From Eledone cirrhosa (taxonomy: Eukaryota), in NCBI GenBank assembly GCA_964016885.1, contig OZ024740.1:46934001-46998000 (forward strand): 64,000 nt of DNA. The letters are read 5' to 3'. Below, in pieces: positions 41,503-53,761 of the stretch. Below the pieces are notes generated by a model that had not been told where the DNA came from, ran no database searches, and saw nothing but the letters and a program-made list of their open reading frames with translations. Every line of letters starts with the position of its first letter. The first letter of the stretch is position 1. Both the position numbers and the translations under genes were made by a program.

Positions 41503-44500
41503 TCAATCGAATCGGCGCCACCCGCGACAGCAGTCGTTCGGCGTAGCCACGCCCGGACATTGCACCAATGCGTGCGTAACGGTTTCTTCGTGACGCACGC
41601 ATCTAGGGCAAATCTTTTTCGAGGGATCCCTGCCCGGGCGCCCGTGCCTGTAGAGCCTCTCTCGAACGGGTAGAGCCCCCCGGTAGCACTGCCAGGCTAG
41701 TGACTTCTGGAAGTTGTCCATTGGTCCCGGGCCGAAAGTCCTACCGAACAGGTTGGCCAGTTCGTCCTCTTCCATGTCCAGCGACTCTCCAAGGGTGTCA
41801 TCGCCCCTGCTAGCCACCAGCCCTCTATAGAATGATGACGTGGATTCTCCACCGATGGCCTGGCCCGCTTGCCAGAGAGCCCTGAGCGCCTGGGCACACT
41901 CAGTGTGCCAGTCTCCCAGTTTTCCGGATCTTTGCTTGACCCAGGACTGCAGCTCGGTGAGCGAGACGAGTCTCGGAAAGGCTCGTTTCACGAACGGAGC
42001 CCACACCGGTTGACCAGTGAGGAATACCTGTAGGTGCCGTAGCCTTAATGCGTGCCTACGCATCATCAACCACGGCACCCCCAGCCCTCCTTTCGAAGGT
42101 TGTTGGCAGCAGATGGATCTTCTCACCATAGGAGGGCGCTTCTTCCAAAGAAATTGGAAGAGCATGCGTTCCATGGTGGTGAGTGTTTCCTTAGGGCAAG
42201 GCACGACAGTCAGGCGGTAGTAAGTGACGGACGCTATGTAAATGTTCGCCACCTCCGCCCGACCTTTTAGGGACAGCTTACACTTGGCCCATTTCTGGGT
42301 TAGTGCAAACACCTTGTTCGTAACCTCGTCCCAGTTCTTTTCCACCTGGAGGTCCGGTCCAAACCAGACCCCAAGCAACTTCACCGGGCCCTCCGTCCAG
42401 TGTCCTACGACACCGTCGGGAGGCATCGGTATGCCTCTCCACGTTCCGTGTTGCAGCCCGATGGATTTTTCCCGGTTCAGTTTCGCTCCTGACAACCTTT
42501 CGTAATCCTCTAGTAAGGTACCGATCGCCTCGATCTCCGAGTCGGTCGATACCATTACTGTTACGTCATCGGCGTAGGCCGACACCACTTTGCTCAATCC
42601 TGGTTCCAGGGGGATACCCTGCAACAACTCCAACTTCCTCAGTAAAGGCTCGAGAGTCAATACGTACAGAAGGGAGGAGAGAGGGCACCCCTGTCGAATG
42701 GATCGTGTGATTTCGAACGGCTTCGAAAGGTAGCCGTTCACCTTGATCCTAGAACAGATGTGGTTGCTATGTAAGGCAGTGATCCAGCCTCTGAAAACAG
42801 GACCGAACCCAGCCGCCGCTAGCACCGCATTCAGGTAACCATGGTCGACCCTATCGAAGGCCTTAGACTGATCCAAGTTGATCAGGGCCCCACCGAAGCC
42901 GGGTTTGTTGCCAACCCTCTCTATGATGTATCGCACGAGGTGGAGGTTATCGTGAATGGACCTGGATGGGATAGCACATGTCTGCGCATCTCCCACCAGG
43001 CCACCCACGACAAGCGCCAACCTCTTTGCTAACACCTTGGCCAAAATCTTTAACTCTGTGTTTAGCAGGGTTATGGGCCGAAAATTATTTATATTATCCC
43101 CCTTGTTCTCGTCCTTCCTCACCAGCGAGACTACGCCCTTGGCTACAGAACAAGGAATTCTCCCGTTCTGCTGCCAATTGCAGTAGACCGCTTCGAGGAG
43201 TTCGGAGAAGAAGACCGGCATTGCTAAATAAAGTTCGTAAGGTATACCATCGAGACCTGGAGATTTGCGTCTGCTGCATTGGCTCAGCGCATCCCCGATC
43301 TCATCAGCCGAGATTGGTCCCTCGCATGACTCTGCCTCTTCTCTCGAGAGACGCGGCAGGCCGTCGAAGTATGGACCGAAATCCACGTCCCCGCCCGGAC
43401 CCTCGCCTCCCCCGAATAATTGGGCAAAGTGCCTTTGAAAGGCCTCGCACATCTGATTAGGCTCCCGGATCACCCGTCCATCCTCGTCTTGCAAAGACCG
43501 GATGGTGGATCGATTTCCACTCTTAGCTTCTGTCACGCGGTCCCAGCCAACGGCTTTGGCCCCCTCATTACCTAGAGCACGTATTTTACTTCGAATGACG
43601 CAGCCTTCGTGCTTTGCATCGAAAAACTGGTTCAAGGCCGTCCTCGATGCCAGCACTCTGGCCACATCTTCGCTCTTGATTGCCTCTTCTAATTTACCTG
43701 TTAATTCTTTCTCGTTTCTATTCATATCGGCAGCTAACATCTTGCTATAACTTATTGATTCTGTTCTAATCTCTCTTTTGAGAGATGCCCACCATCGGTT
43801 GTTAACGATTGCACCCGTCAACCTCTCCTTAACTAATCTGCTAATCCGGTTTCTGTAAGTCTCTTTTGCCGGTAAAGACAAATTAAGTTTCCAGTAACCG
43901 GGACCCTGTTTATGTGTTTTCTCGAGATTGACTACGCAGGTCACTAATTTGTGATCCGTATAGCCAACCGTGAGCATTTCTGGACAGCTTAATATGTCCC
44001 TATCCTTACTTCTAACTAAGAATCTATCTAAGTACGATCTAGATTGACCACTGTGGTTCGTCCAAGTCCAGGTTGGCACAGTTGGAAAATCTAGTCGATA
44101 TCTATCGACCAAGTTAAAACGGTCGAGTAACCCCTTGAGGCTGTTACACCCCCCTCTATTAGGACATGCTCCTGCATAGTCCCAACGTGCATCTAGGATG
44201 TCATTCCAATCCCCCACTAGAAGCAGGGAACGCGACGTTACCAGAAAAGTCTCCAAACGCTGGAAGAAGTCGGGCCGTTCAGCTCCGAAAGGGGAGTAGA
44301 CGGCGACCAGTCTCAAGGCCGCACCCTCACTACTGCCAACGTCTAGCACCAACAAACGACCCTCCGGGTCCGAGTGAACAACCTGTACGGCAAGACCCAG
44401 GTGTTTTTCCAGCAGTACGACAACCCCACCCCCACCTCCAGGTTGACAGAGAGATGCATGCACCTCAAAGTCATCGAAGGTAGGGGCCAGCTGCCGCACG

Positions 44501-44631
44501 ACGCTGATCCGAGTCTCACAGATAACCATTACATTTATACCACGTGACCTGAGGTCATTTAGAAGCTTTGCTTGCTTCCAAGTTGAGCCCAGGCCACGTG
44601 CATTCAAACATCCTACTCTTAACACATCCAT
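41503..44631 (-). CDS. LINE ORF2: APE endonuclease, RT and zinc finger (frameshift near 41550; C-terminus continues to 41207)
   Basis: LNARGL, CET, GDWN, SYLDRF, TDH, GPGYWKLN, SPGLDGIP, RQGCPLS, YADD, CPRC. Confidence 0.92.
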   Translation of the reverse strand: MDVLRVGCLNARGLGSTWKQAKLLNDLRSRGINVMVICETRISVVRQLAPTFDDFEVHASLCQPGGGGGVVVLLEKHLGLAVQVVHSDPEGRLLVLDVGSSEGAALRLVAVYSPFGAERPDFFQRLETFLVTSRSLLLVGDWNDILDARWDYAGACPNRGGCNSLKGLLDRFNLVDRYRLDFPTVPTWTWTNHSGQSRSYLDRFLVRSKDRDILSCPEMLTVGYTDHKLVTCVVNLEKTHKQGPGYWKLNLSLPAKETYRNRISRLVKERLTGAIVNNRWWASLKREIRTESISYSKMLAADMNRNEKELTGKLEEAIKSEDVARVLASRTALNQFFDAKHEGCVIRSKIRALGNEGAKAVGWDRVTEAKSGNRSTIRSLQDEDGRVIREPNQMCEAFQRHFAQLFGGGEGPGGDVDFGPYFDGLPRLSREEAESCEGPISADEIGDALSQCSRRKSPGLDGIPYELYLAMPVFFSELLEAVYCNWQQNGRIPCSVAKGVVSLVRKDENKGDNINNFRPITLLNTELKILAKVLAKRLALVVGGLVGDAQTCAIPSRSIHDNLHLVRYIIERVGNKPGFGGALINLDQSKAFDRVDHGYLNAVLAAAGFGPVFRGWITALHSNHICSRIKVNGYLSKPFEITRSIRQGCPLSSLLYVLTLEPLLRKLELLQGIPLEPGLSKVVSAYADDVTVMVSTDSEIEAIGTLLEDYERLSGAKLNREKSIGLQHGTWRGIPMPPDGVVGHWTEGPVKLLGVWFGPDLQVEKNWDEVTNKVFALTQKWAKCKLSLKGRAEVANIYIASVTYYRLTVVPCPKETLTTMERMLFQFLWKKRPPMVRRSICCQQPSKGGLGVPWLMMRRHALRLRHLQVFLTGQPVWAPFVKRAFPRLVSLTELQSWVKQRSGKLGDWHTECAQALRALWQAGQAIGGESTSSFYRGLVASRGDDTLGESLDMEEDELANLFGRTFGPGPMDNFQKSLAWQCYRGALPVRERLYRHGRPGRDPSKKICPRCVRHEETVTHALVQCPGVATPNDCCRGWRRFD

Positions 44632-44664
44632 GTGGGCGGCAAAGCCAAAGGAGAGTGTAGAGAC

Positions 44665-46574
44665 CTACCTTTCTGCTTCCCGGGGTTCGGGTCGCACGAC
44701 TTCCATGGGGTCAGGGGTGTTGGGTGAAGGGGTATCTTGTGGTGGTGTGGGGTCGTCAGTGTGTGGTGGGGTTGGGGTGTTTGGAGTTGTGTTGGGGAGG
44801 GGAAGGGGAGGGGGAAAGCTTTTTAGTAGGACGCGGTTTATGGGTTTGACAGAGGGTGGTCCTACGTCCTCCTTAAAATCCTTTTTTAGTTTTTGGTAGA
44901 GGTTCATTGGGATCTTTATTAATTTTAAATGTGGGTAGTTTTCTGAAGAAACAAAGTTTACACCTTCGGTTTGTACCGAAGGATTATTGTTTATGAGTTC
45001 ATTTAATTTATTATTGTTTCTGTTGATGTAAGTATAGTGTAATGTCTTTTTTTCGGATGGTGTGAGTGTTTCGAAGAGGGGAGGGGCAGGTTTGGTTTTG
45101 TTTGTTGCTGGAGGGGTGTTTTGTGTTTTGTTGGATTGTGTTGACATTTGGGTAGGGGTTGTTTGGCCTTGTGTGTTTTGCACATGTTTTCTTTTTTTCC
45201 TTTTAATCATCTGTCTGAAGGACTCCGTTTCTTCCTCCGAATTCGTTGGGTTATCTTCAGTGTTGGAGGGAAGAGGTATGTTTGCTGGTAATGTTTCCGT
45301 GTTGGTTTTCTTTGTGGGGGAGATGGATGTCACTATGTTAGACTGTGTTGTGTGTTGTGGCTGCGGTGGTTGTGTTGTTTTATTGAGTGAGGGGTTGGGT
45401 GGGACTGTATTTTGTTTTTGGGTAATGTGTTGTGACTGTTTGTGTTGTGGTGGTGGTGTAGTTTTACTGAGGGACGGGTTGGGTGGGACTGAGTTTTGTT
45501 GTTTGTTTATCTGTTGTGGTGGTGGTGGAGCTGGTGTTGGTAGCAGGGTTTTCTTTTTGTTGAGTTGGGGACAAGCCGCCTTCAGGTGCCCTCTGCCTGC
45601 ACAGATATGGCAGGACGGCCTTCTCCCCTCCACGCTAATGTTTATATACCCGTGCCCCTCTAATAGGATTCTGTCGGGTATCTGGGCGATGCGTTCAGGC
45701 TTCATTTGCACTACAAGTTCTATACCTGTTCCACTGAACGCATTGCCTGTGGTTTTCCCAATGGAAATCACGTTGTCATTCGCTGGATCGATGAAGCCAG
45801 CTATGAGCCAGCAGTAGTCCACATCTGGCATCATTGCATCCAGCCATATGCGCTGAGTTCTTTTACCCATATAAGATGGATAAAAGGTAAAATTTTTCGA
45901 ACGAATCGGTGACAAAGCACATTTTTTTGCCGCCGATTCGTTCTTAATAATAATCGCTAGGCTTCCATACAGTCTGTCTTTTCTTATGAAAGTGGTTTCA
46001 TTAAGTACTTTTGTAAGTACTGCTTTGATTTCTGTTTGTGTTGGCTGTTCAGGTTTTTTAGAAATGTTGTTGATGGTGCGGAAAACGACCGTCCGACTTT
46101 CAATGTCTTTGGTGAGTTCTTGAGGCATTTTTACCGATAAAATACCATTTTCTCCTTCAGTTATGTATTGTTTGGCGTCTGTAATTCTTTGTGCCACATC
46201 TGAAATATTTTCAGGTATATATGTAAATATTTCTTTGTTGTTTGTGCAAATGAAATATTATTGGTGTTGACTTTGTCGTCTGCTTTGCTTTCTGTTATGA
46301 TGTTGTTTTCAAATGTTATTTTTGTGTTTGTCGTGTCTTTGTTTGTGGTATTAATATTGTCATGCAATTTTTCAAATTTTTTTTTTTCGTTGTTGGAATC
46401 AATGTCCAGATTTGTGTTTTGGCTATTTTTCTCCGCAGATTCGTCTGTTTTTCTTTTATTTTTTCTTTCCTTCTCTATGACGTTAGTTGGGAAGGAAGAG
46501 GGGACTAAAGCGTGCGAGCTTACAACTCTTACCGCTGTCCCCGCACCACTATTTTCGTTAGCTTCGTTTAACAT
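44665..46574 (-). CDS. LINE ORF1, gag-like zinc-knuckle protein (frameshift ~46200 joins 46161-46574 to 44665-46197)
   Basis: CHICAGRGHLKAAC CCHC knuckle and Pro/Thr/Gln-rich tail, directly upstream of ORF2. Confidence 0.8.
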
Positions 46575-47024
46575 TTCTGTCAGACGATTGAAATTTTTTT
46601 ATGCCACAAAATTTAAAAAAACAGGGTTTTCACCCCTGGGAGGGGCAAGGATGAGCTGACCCACCGCCTGACAGTTCAGACGGGTGGTCAAGCTACACAA
46701 TAGTATCAAAATTAAAATTGAACTTACAAAATTTCCGCAATAAATTTGAACAAAACTTCTGCGCGAAGTGAATTACATCTACGCTGTAGAACAGACGACA
46801 GCTAGATTCAAGAAAGAAATGATATAGATAGATATAGAGAAATAGTTTTAATTAAGTTTTCTTCAATGATCGGAGTCGATAAATTATCGTTTAAGCTTGA
46901 TGTAATAATTGTTTCTATATTTGATACACGATCAGCAATTTGAAGGAAAGGGGAAAATAGCTAAAATCAACCCCAATGTGTTACTGGTACTTTATTTTAT
47001 CGACCGTCCTTAAACCTGATGTAA

Positions 47025-47240
47025 TAATGGATTTCTAATTTAGACACAAGCCCAGCAATTTTATGGGAAAAGGTAAGTCGAATTTGTCAGCACCAGAACA
47101 TGGCTGGTACTTTGTTTTATTGACCTCGGAAGGATGAAAAGCAAAGCTGACGCCGGCGAGATTTGAACTTGGAACGTAAACGACCGTAACTAAATGCTAC
47201 AAAGTATTTTGTACGACGCTCTAACGATTCAGCCAATCTA
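47025..47240 (-). mobile_element. tRNA-derived SINE (with a partial copy at ~46905-47005)
   Basis: Reverse complement of the 23001 family. Confidence 0.7.
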
Positions 47241-47594
47241 CTACAACAACCTGAAGTAATAGTGATATGATATTTTTGAATATTGGTTTCTTGTATTAGT
47301 ATTAACCTACATGCAATATTTTAATATGTGCTTATTTAATTTGGGATTCTTGTGGCATCTTTTGGAGGTGTTGAGCTTTGTAGGAGAATATTCCATATGT
47401 CTTTGAAACTTATAATTACTTTATGCATATCTCGTTAGAATGGATAGAAATTTCAGGAAACATCCAGATGTGTTTATTTAGTTAAAAAACAGTAACGTTC
47501 ACATATTATAATTTTTAATGTAGTTTAACAACCATATGATATTTTCAAATATTTTTTCTTATTTTTTTATTCTTTTCGTTTTCCTATTGAATAG

Positions 47595-47672
47595 GAACGA
47601 ATTCATGGCTTAATAAGAGGATGGGAAATGGAATGCTGCAATGCTCATTATAATATTCAGAGCATTAGTAGT
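47595..47672 (+). CDS. Candidate host exon (ERIHGLIRGWEMECCNAHYNIQSISS)
   Basis: Polypyrimidine tract with AG acceptor, 78 nt open only in phase 0, GTGAGT donor. No protein family recognised. Confidence 0.25.
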
Positions 47673-48532
47673 GTGAGTGAAGTGAAATTTCTACAATTAG
47701 AAATTGAAATAAGGTTATAGTGAGCTTTACGTCTTACTCTGTGGCACACGTTCGTATTTTCCTACTGTGGCACAATGCTATAACGTTTTAGAGGAATGAA
47801 ATTTGATGTTATAATGTTATAGCGTTAATTAGTTTATTCTTAACATATAATATTATATCCATATATATTTAACGGGGATGTCAGTTTAAAGAATGTTTTT
47901 TCCAATCACTATACTACACATGTGATACTCTACCTTATTTAGTACATAGGGCACTTTCTAAGATATTTTTCTGGGTCATATTAAAGTTATATTAGATTGT
48001 TGTAGATTCTTTGTAACGATAAAAACATTCAATATTTGTTTGTATACTTGTTTCTCTTTTTCTTTTAGACAGGATAAACTATCTACGGCTGCTAACTATG
48101 CTGCAACATGTGACTCTAACAAGCACAGAAAACTACTGCAAACTGCATTATTTAATTTCAATTAGCTGATTTGTCGGGATTATCTCCCTTGCTTTTTAAA
48201 CCTAGAAGTAGTCATTTAAATATTGTTTACATTACTACGAGTGTCTTTTAATTAATTAATACCTTCAACCCAAGGGTATAATATAAAACACCTCACCCAA
48301 AGGTGACGCACAGTGAAGTCAAACTAGATGGCCACATCGTTACAAAACAAACTTCCTAGCCACACAGCTACACTTGTGCTCGTATATATGCACAAACACA
48401 TCAATGAGATGCATCACGCTTTTCAATTGTTGAAATCAGCGAAAAAATAAACAACAACAACAAAAAAACAAAAATAAACAAAAAACTGAAGTGCGGTTTC
48501 ATGTTCATGTGCATATTATCGCTCCTTAATAT

Positions 48533-48755
48533 AATGATTTCTAAATTAGGCACAAGACCAGCATTTGAGAGCGGGTAAAGTCAATTATAACGGTATCAGT
48601 AGTTGACTTTATAAAAACTGATCTGATACAATTACTCTATTGTCATAAATGGAAAGAGAAGTAGTGGTAGGGAAGAATGAACTTAGACTACAAAGAGCCG
48701 AAACAAATGCCGCAAAGCAATTTGTCGAACGCTCTAATGATTCTGCCAATCATCT
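48533..48755 (-). mobile_element. Diverged SINE
   Basis: atttctaaattaggcacaagaccagc..cgctctaatgattctgccaat. Confidence 0.55.
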
Positions 48756-49334
48756 ACTCTATTCGCAACATAGTATAATGAAATAGAATTGTGGGAAGTG
48801 TTAGAGCGTGTGAGTATGTTCAGAAATTGAAAACGAAAAAGCATAAGTGGATGTAAACAGGAGTGTGAGGAACAGGCGAAGGAACAAGTTATAAAAGTAG
48901 TCAAAAAGAGGGAGGGACGGTGACAACAGAAGTGTCAGTAAGTGAGTAAGGGAAAGACAGAGAAAAACACAGGGATAATCTACCGTGAAATTGCTACACC
49001 GTATCAGGTGACAAATCTTTTTTGCGGCATATCATTGTACGTAATTTCATTTTAAATGTCATTTATAAATTAAACATATTTAAGCAGCATATTAGAAAAG
49101 AAAAAGAAAATAGTTCATACATGTAAAGGCCGTATATACATGTTGCCAAGAAGGCTTCACCAAATAAAAAAAAAGGCATTGATTAATGGTTTTAATTTTG
49201 CCTAATTAGGCTTCAAGTTGAGAAGAAATAATTACTTTTGTATAATACGTATTTTCTCAACCGTTTAGTTTTTGATTTTTACCAAAATTGGTGGAAATTC
49301 TCTGGACAACCCACACACATATATGATATAATAT

Positions 49335-49513
49335 AATAATAATGGTCTCTAATTTAGGCACAAGCTACCTTCGAGGGAAGGGAAATTCGATCAAAGTAAT
49401 CTCATTACTTGACTGGCATTTTATTTTATTTTATTAACCCTGGTAGGATGAAAAGCAAAGTTGATCACAGCGGCACTTAAACTTAGAATGAAATGAGTCG
49501 TAACAAAATGCTG

Positions 49514-49515
<2 letters not shown>
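49335..49515 (-). mobile_element. Diverged SINE
   Basis: ctaatttaggcacaag..aggatgaaaagcaaagttga. Confidence 0.55.
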
Positions 49516-49567
<52 letters not shown>

Positions 49568-50745
49568 GCATACAAGGATATATTCTTAAATTACTTCCTA
49601 GGATAATACAACGCAGTAAACGGAAGCTCCTGCGATGCTTTTCAAAGTTTATCCCACTATCATTTATATCACATTCTCATGTCTTCTTTCAATTTCCTTG
49701 ACAACGTGTGTCTGAGTATTTGAGTACTGGCAATAGTTTGCCTAATTTCTTCAGAAGCAATTTCCTTCGATGGGTAGACGCTCTGAAAAATGTATAGCAA
49801 TTTTTTTACAAAGCTAAAGAAGTGGTTGATATGCGGTACGCAGTCAATATTAGATGCCCTAAAATATTTGCACAGCATGATAAATAGTCCTATAAGTTTA
49901 ATCAACTCCTCCTATGTAGTAGATGATAGATACTAGGCACAGCCTTTGCTCTTTCCGTTAAGCGTTTCAATTGATAAAAATAAGTTAATTGCCATAATGT
50001 CTCTATAAAATAGGATTTTGAAGGCGAGTTAAGAAGATCATCAGGTCCACGAAATGATAATCCACGTTCAATCAAGAAAATTGATAATTGTGATAACTCT
50101 TTCTAGGACAAATCTTGCAGATGCATTTATTGTTCTACTACCAAACTATCAACTTTTCCAGTTAAGTTTGAAGGTAAAGGCAAGTCAATACTAGCATAGC
50201 GATGCTCGGAATTGTTCTCGTGTCGTTCTAAACGCATGTTGCATTTACCCAATTATTACAGTGCTCAATGAGAAAATAGCTTACAAATGAAACAACACAC
50301 TTTCAAAGATGGAGAGTAACAAAGTAATGCTCTCTTTATGTTCTCACTGTCAACCAAATAAATCGGAGTGAACAAGGATTTCGCGGAACCTCACTTCTGC
50401 TCTTTATGAACTTGTCCAAATATAGACATTACTTTTTTTTTATAATCTAAATCTAAATTTCTGTAACTGATAATCCTGTATTGATTGGGAAATTGTTTCT
50501 GGTTAAAGCACAATTTCACTGAGATACAATTTCAACTCAATGGCAGGAAATTTCTATTCTTTTCATAAACTATAGAAACATTAGCCTGGTTTTGTAATTG
50601 GTGAGATATTTAGTAATTGTTGCTATCTTTGTCCTTACTGATCAGAGTATCTCTTTTAAACATCGTGGTTTAAGATTCATAAAGAAATACATCTCAATAC
50701 TGCTTCCCGTTTGTTCATTTGTTCTCCTACCGTTGCCTGTTAATG

Positions 50746-50931
<186 letters not shown>

Positions 50932-51859
50932 AAAGTGCTTCAACAACTGGTTTTACATTGTTATTATCAGGCCATTAGCTATTAGGATATATATAAACAA
51001 GAGTGCATCATACATACTATTAGTATGTATTACTAAGCGAGTGGTTTTAGACCCTTGTTGAAGATACTTCACTTTACCAATTTCTTTTCAGAAACCTTGA
51101 ATGTTATTATATCCTATTTTATCTACATTCTACATAAACGGAAAAAGAAACCAATATAATGGAATCAACAGATTATAACGAGTCTCTTTTATTAAAACTG
51201 TGACTTATGACCAGGTAAACATAATCATTATTGTGATGATTTGTTTAAAGAAGAAAATCTTTTATATATGAAGTTTTGTACTTGACAAGCAATAATAGTC
51301 ACCAGCTGAGAAGTAAACTGCGGTTGATCAGAGAATTTCACCTTATCAACCTCTCATCAAATAAAATAGAATAGAATTGTTGGAAACTATCCATGCGTGT
51401 TATTAAACCACCAAGCCCTTGATAACTGATTCGCACGACGGTTATAAGAGATTCTTGGTATTGCTCGACTGTTTGGAAACAATGATCTGAAGGACATAAG
51501 GGAGGAGTCAATAATGGTTGACTAGAAGAGGTGTCTCTTTATCAGCGGCGGTGGCGTTACGGTTCGTAATCCGTTGACAGTACTAAAAATATTCCCCCGA
51601 AAAAAAGTGACCTGGTAGATGGGTAGGTAAAACTTGTCAGTTTCCAGTTGGTAACAGGAAACTGACAGTGTCACTAGCGTGGATCCAATCTCAATACTGT
51701 AATCTACACCACAAAATAATCATATGAAATCTGCTGATTCAGCACTTACAAAAGGACTATAGAAAAATGGGTGATTAGCAAAATATTTGTTTCTTTAAAT
51801 TCTCTTATTGTCGTCTTAAAGAGTCACATACGCGCGAGCACACATGCTTATACATTATA

Positions 51860-51930
51860 TATATTTGATATATATATATTTATCCATCTCGAGCCCGCTT
51901 TGGATTTTAGTCTTCACATTTATTACTATA
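51860..51930 (+). mobile_element. Solo PLE pLTR end fragment running into (TA)n
   Basis: ctttggattttagtcttcacatttattactata matches 34823-34860. Confidence 0.6.
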
Positions 51931-51950
51931 TATATATATATATATATATA

Positions 51951-52562
51951 TAAGTATGTATGTATACGTACATACATATATGTATACAGACGTACAGTAG
52001 TATGTATATATACACATACATATATATATATATGCACGTATCGGTTTACCGAACATTTATTATAATATTATAATGCTCGGTTTGTTTGTTTGTAAACAAA
52101 CAAACAAACAGCCCGAATTACGCCGTACAGTGTTTAGGCAACCACGTCACCTTTTTGTTCAACACTGACACAGGAACGATGTACTAGTTTCAAGCTTATT
52201 AGCTATCGTCAGCATCGTATACCTTCCTGCCAGATGGTTGAACGTCTGAAAGTATATACTTTCCTTATGCATATTAACGGCTGAGCAGCCTAATTTGCAT
52301 ATCGAGTGAGTTCAGTCGGCCGGGCACACCGAAAACGATAAATGGAATAGAATGAAACGAAATTTCATTTCTCACTCTTAGTACGGCACTTACTTAAATG
52401 TAAGTATGTATGTATACGTACATACATATATGTATACAGACGTACAGTAGTATGTACATATATCCATACATGCACATATATATGCACGTATCGGTTTACC
52501 GAACATTTATTATAATGCTCGGTTTGTTTGTTTGTAAACATTATAATAAATGTTCGGTAAAC
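51951..52562 (-). mobile_element. HHR-bearing retrozyme-like element, 450-bp unit, partial tandem with a short inverted segment
   Basis: 51951-52097 repeats at 52401-52540; 52540-52562 inverts 52493-52516; HHR at 52177-52217; (TA)n on the left. Confidence 0.75.
52177..52217 (-). ncRNA. Type I minimal hammerhead ribozyme
   Basis: cgatg CTGACGA t-agct-aata-agct-t GAAA ctag TA catcg; perfect 5-bp stem I and palindromic ACTAGT. Confidence 0.82.
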
Positions 52563-52599
52563 GCTGACGCTGGGATACATGTGCGTTCAACAACACATT

Positions 52600-52960
52600 T
52601 CTCTCAGTCTTCCTAAGTATTTTGAAGTGAAACTTACCAATTTCTGGATACCTTCAGAAGAGCACAGGAATAGGAAATTTCACTTAATTGTTGCGAAACA
52701 AATTAAAAATTAAAAATTTAAATTTGTCCAGGTATCACGGCTATTGCCAATATAGGTTTGTTTTTATTGATTTATTATTTTAAATCGAGACAGGCAAACC
52801 GTATTATTTTAATTAGTATTTTTCAATCTAGCTAACTTGGTCATTTGCAATGTAAACACATGTATACTTGTATCAGTGTTTATCCCTATCATATATTCAT
52901 TTGTATTAGAAATATCCCTTTCTTTGAGCTATTTAATTGTAAAAGACTATTTGAGTTTAT
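52600..52960 (+). mobile_element. Diverged relative of the 533-bp HHR element
   Basis: 52715-52838 aligns with 20238-20362; CAGAAGA gca..tgc GAAAC at 52655-52699. Confidence 0.6.
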
Positions 52961-53095
<135 letters not shown>

Positions 53096-53534
53096 TATAA
53101 ATATATGCTGCATGGTAAACACAAATCTGTGTTGGGGTACTACTGTACTCTTTCTCCGAATGTAGGAGCCGATGTTTTATCAGGCGGTGAAGTAACTCTG
53201 TAGGTGTTTCGACCCTTTTCTTCACGACACCTGAGCTACTCCACCCCACTGATGTAGGCGATGAAACTCCTGCACAACAGCACCATCTTTTGTGTGTCTC
53301 ATATTGTTACCACATCCACTTCAGAACAGTATGAAATTCGATGCGTCTGCTGTTATGATTAAGCGATTCGTCTTCATACACCTCAATGTGTCAGGCACAC
53401 AATTCATCTCTTTTGATCCAGATGTAGTAACTCGCATTTTCAGCTGCCTCCGATAATGCCCTGAAAAGGTGTTTTCTTTCTTTTGTCACCGGTTCACGGA
53501 CCCCGATGAGAGATTCAACCCTGGTTCCAACAAA

Positions 53535-53665
53535 TATATATAGTTGTTAGAGCGTTGACAAGAATGCTTTGTGAAATAAGTTGCGGTTCTCTGTGCTGTG
53601 AGTTCAAGTCTTGCGAGGTCAACTTTACTTTTCAGCCTTTCGAGATCGGGGAAAAATGTACAAGT
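53535..53665 (+). mobile_element. Diverged SINE
   Basis: gttagagcg..gagttcaagtc..gaggtcaacttt. Confidence 0.5.
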
Positions 53666-53714
53666 CCAGATTCTTCCTCTATATCTCTTTCTCACGCCAT
53701 CTCTATCACACCCG

Positions 53715-53761
<47 letters not shown>

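Larger units (their letters stand above)
40990..46814 (-). mobile_element. Near full-length Tx1/L1-clade LINE with a 16-bp TSD
   Basis: TSD agaaatgatatagata at 40974-40989 and 46815-46830; ORF1 and ORF2 present; 3' tail aataaagaaata. Confidence 0.92.

Noticed and set aside
45062-45817. 251-aa + strand ORF and other ORFs antisense to the LINEs (e.g. 16330-16944)
   Set aside because: Shadow ORFs of biased LINE coding sequence.
49669-50400. Coding-like stretch on the - strand
   Set aside because: Only a 78-aa ORF with no motif; cannot be assigned.
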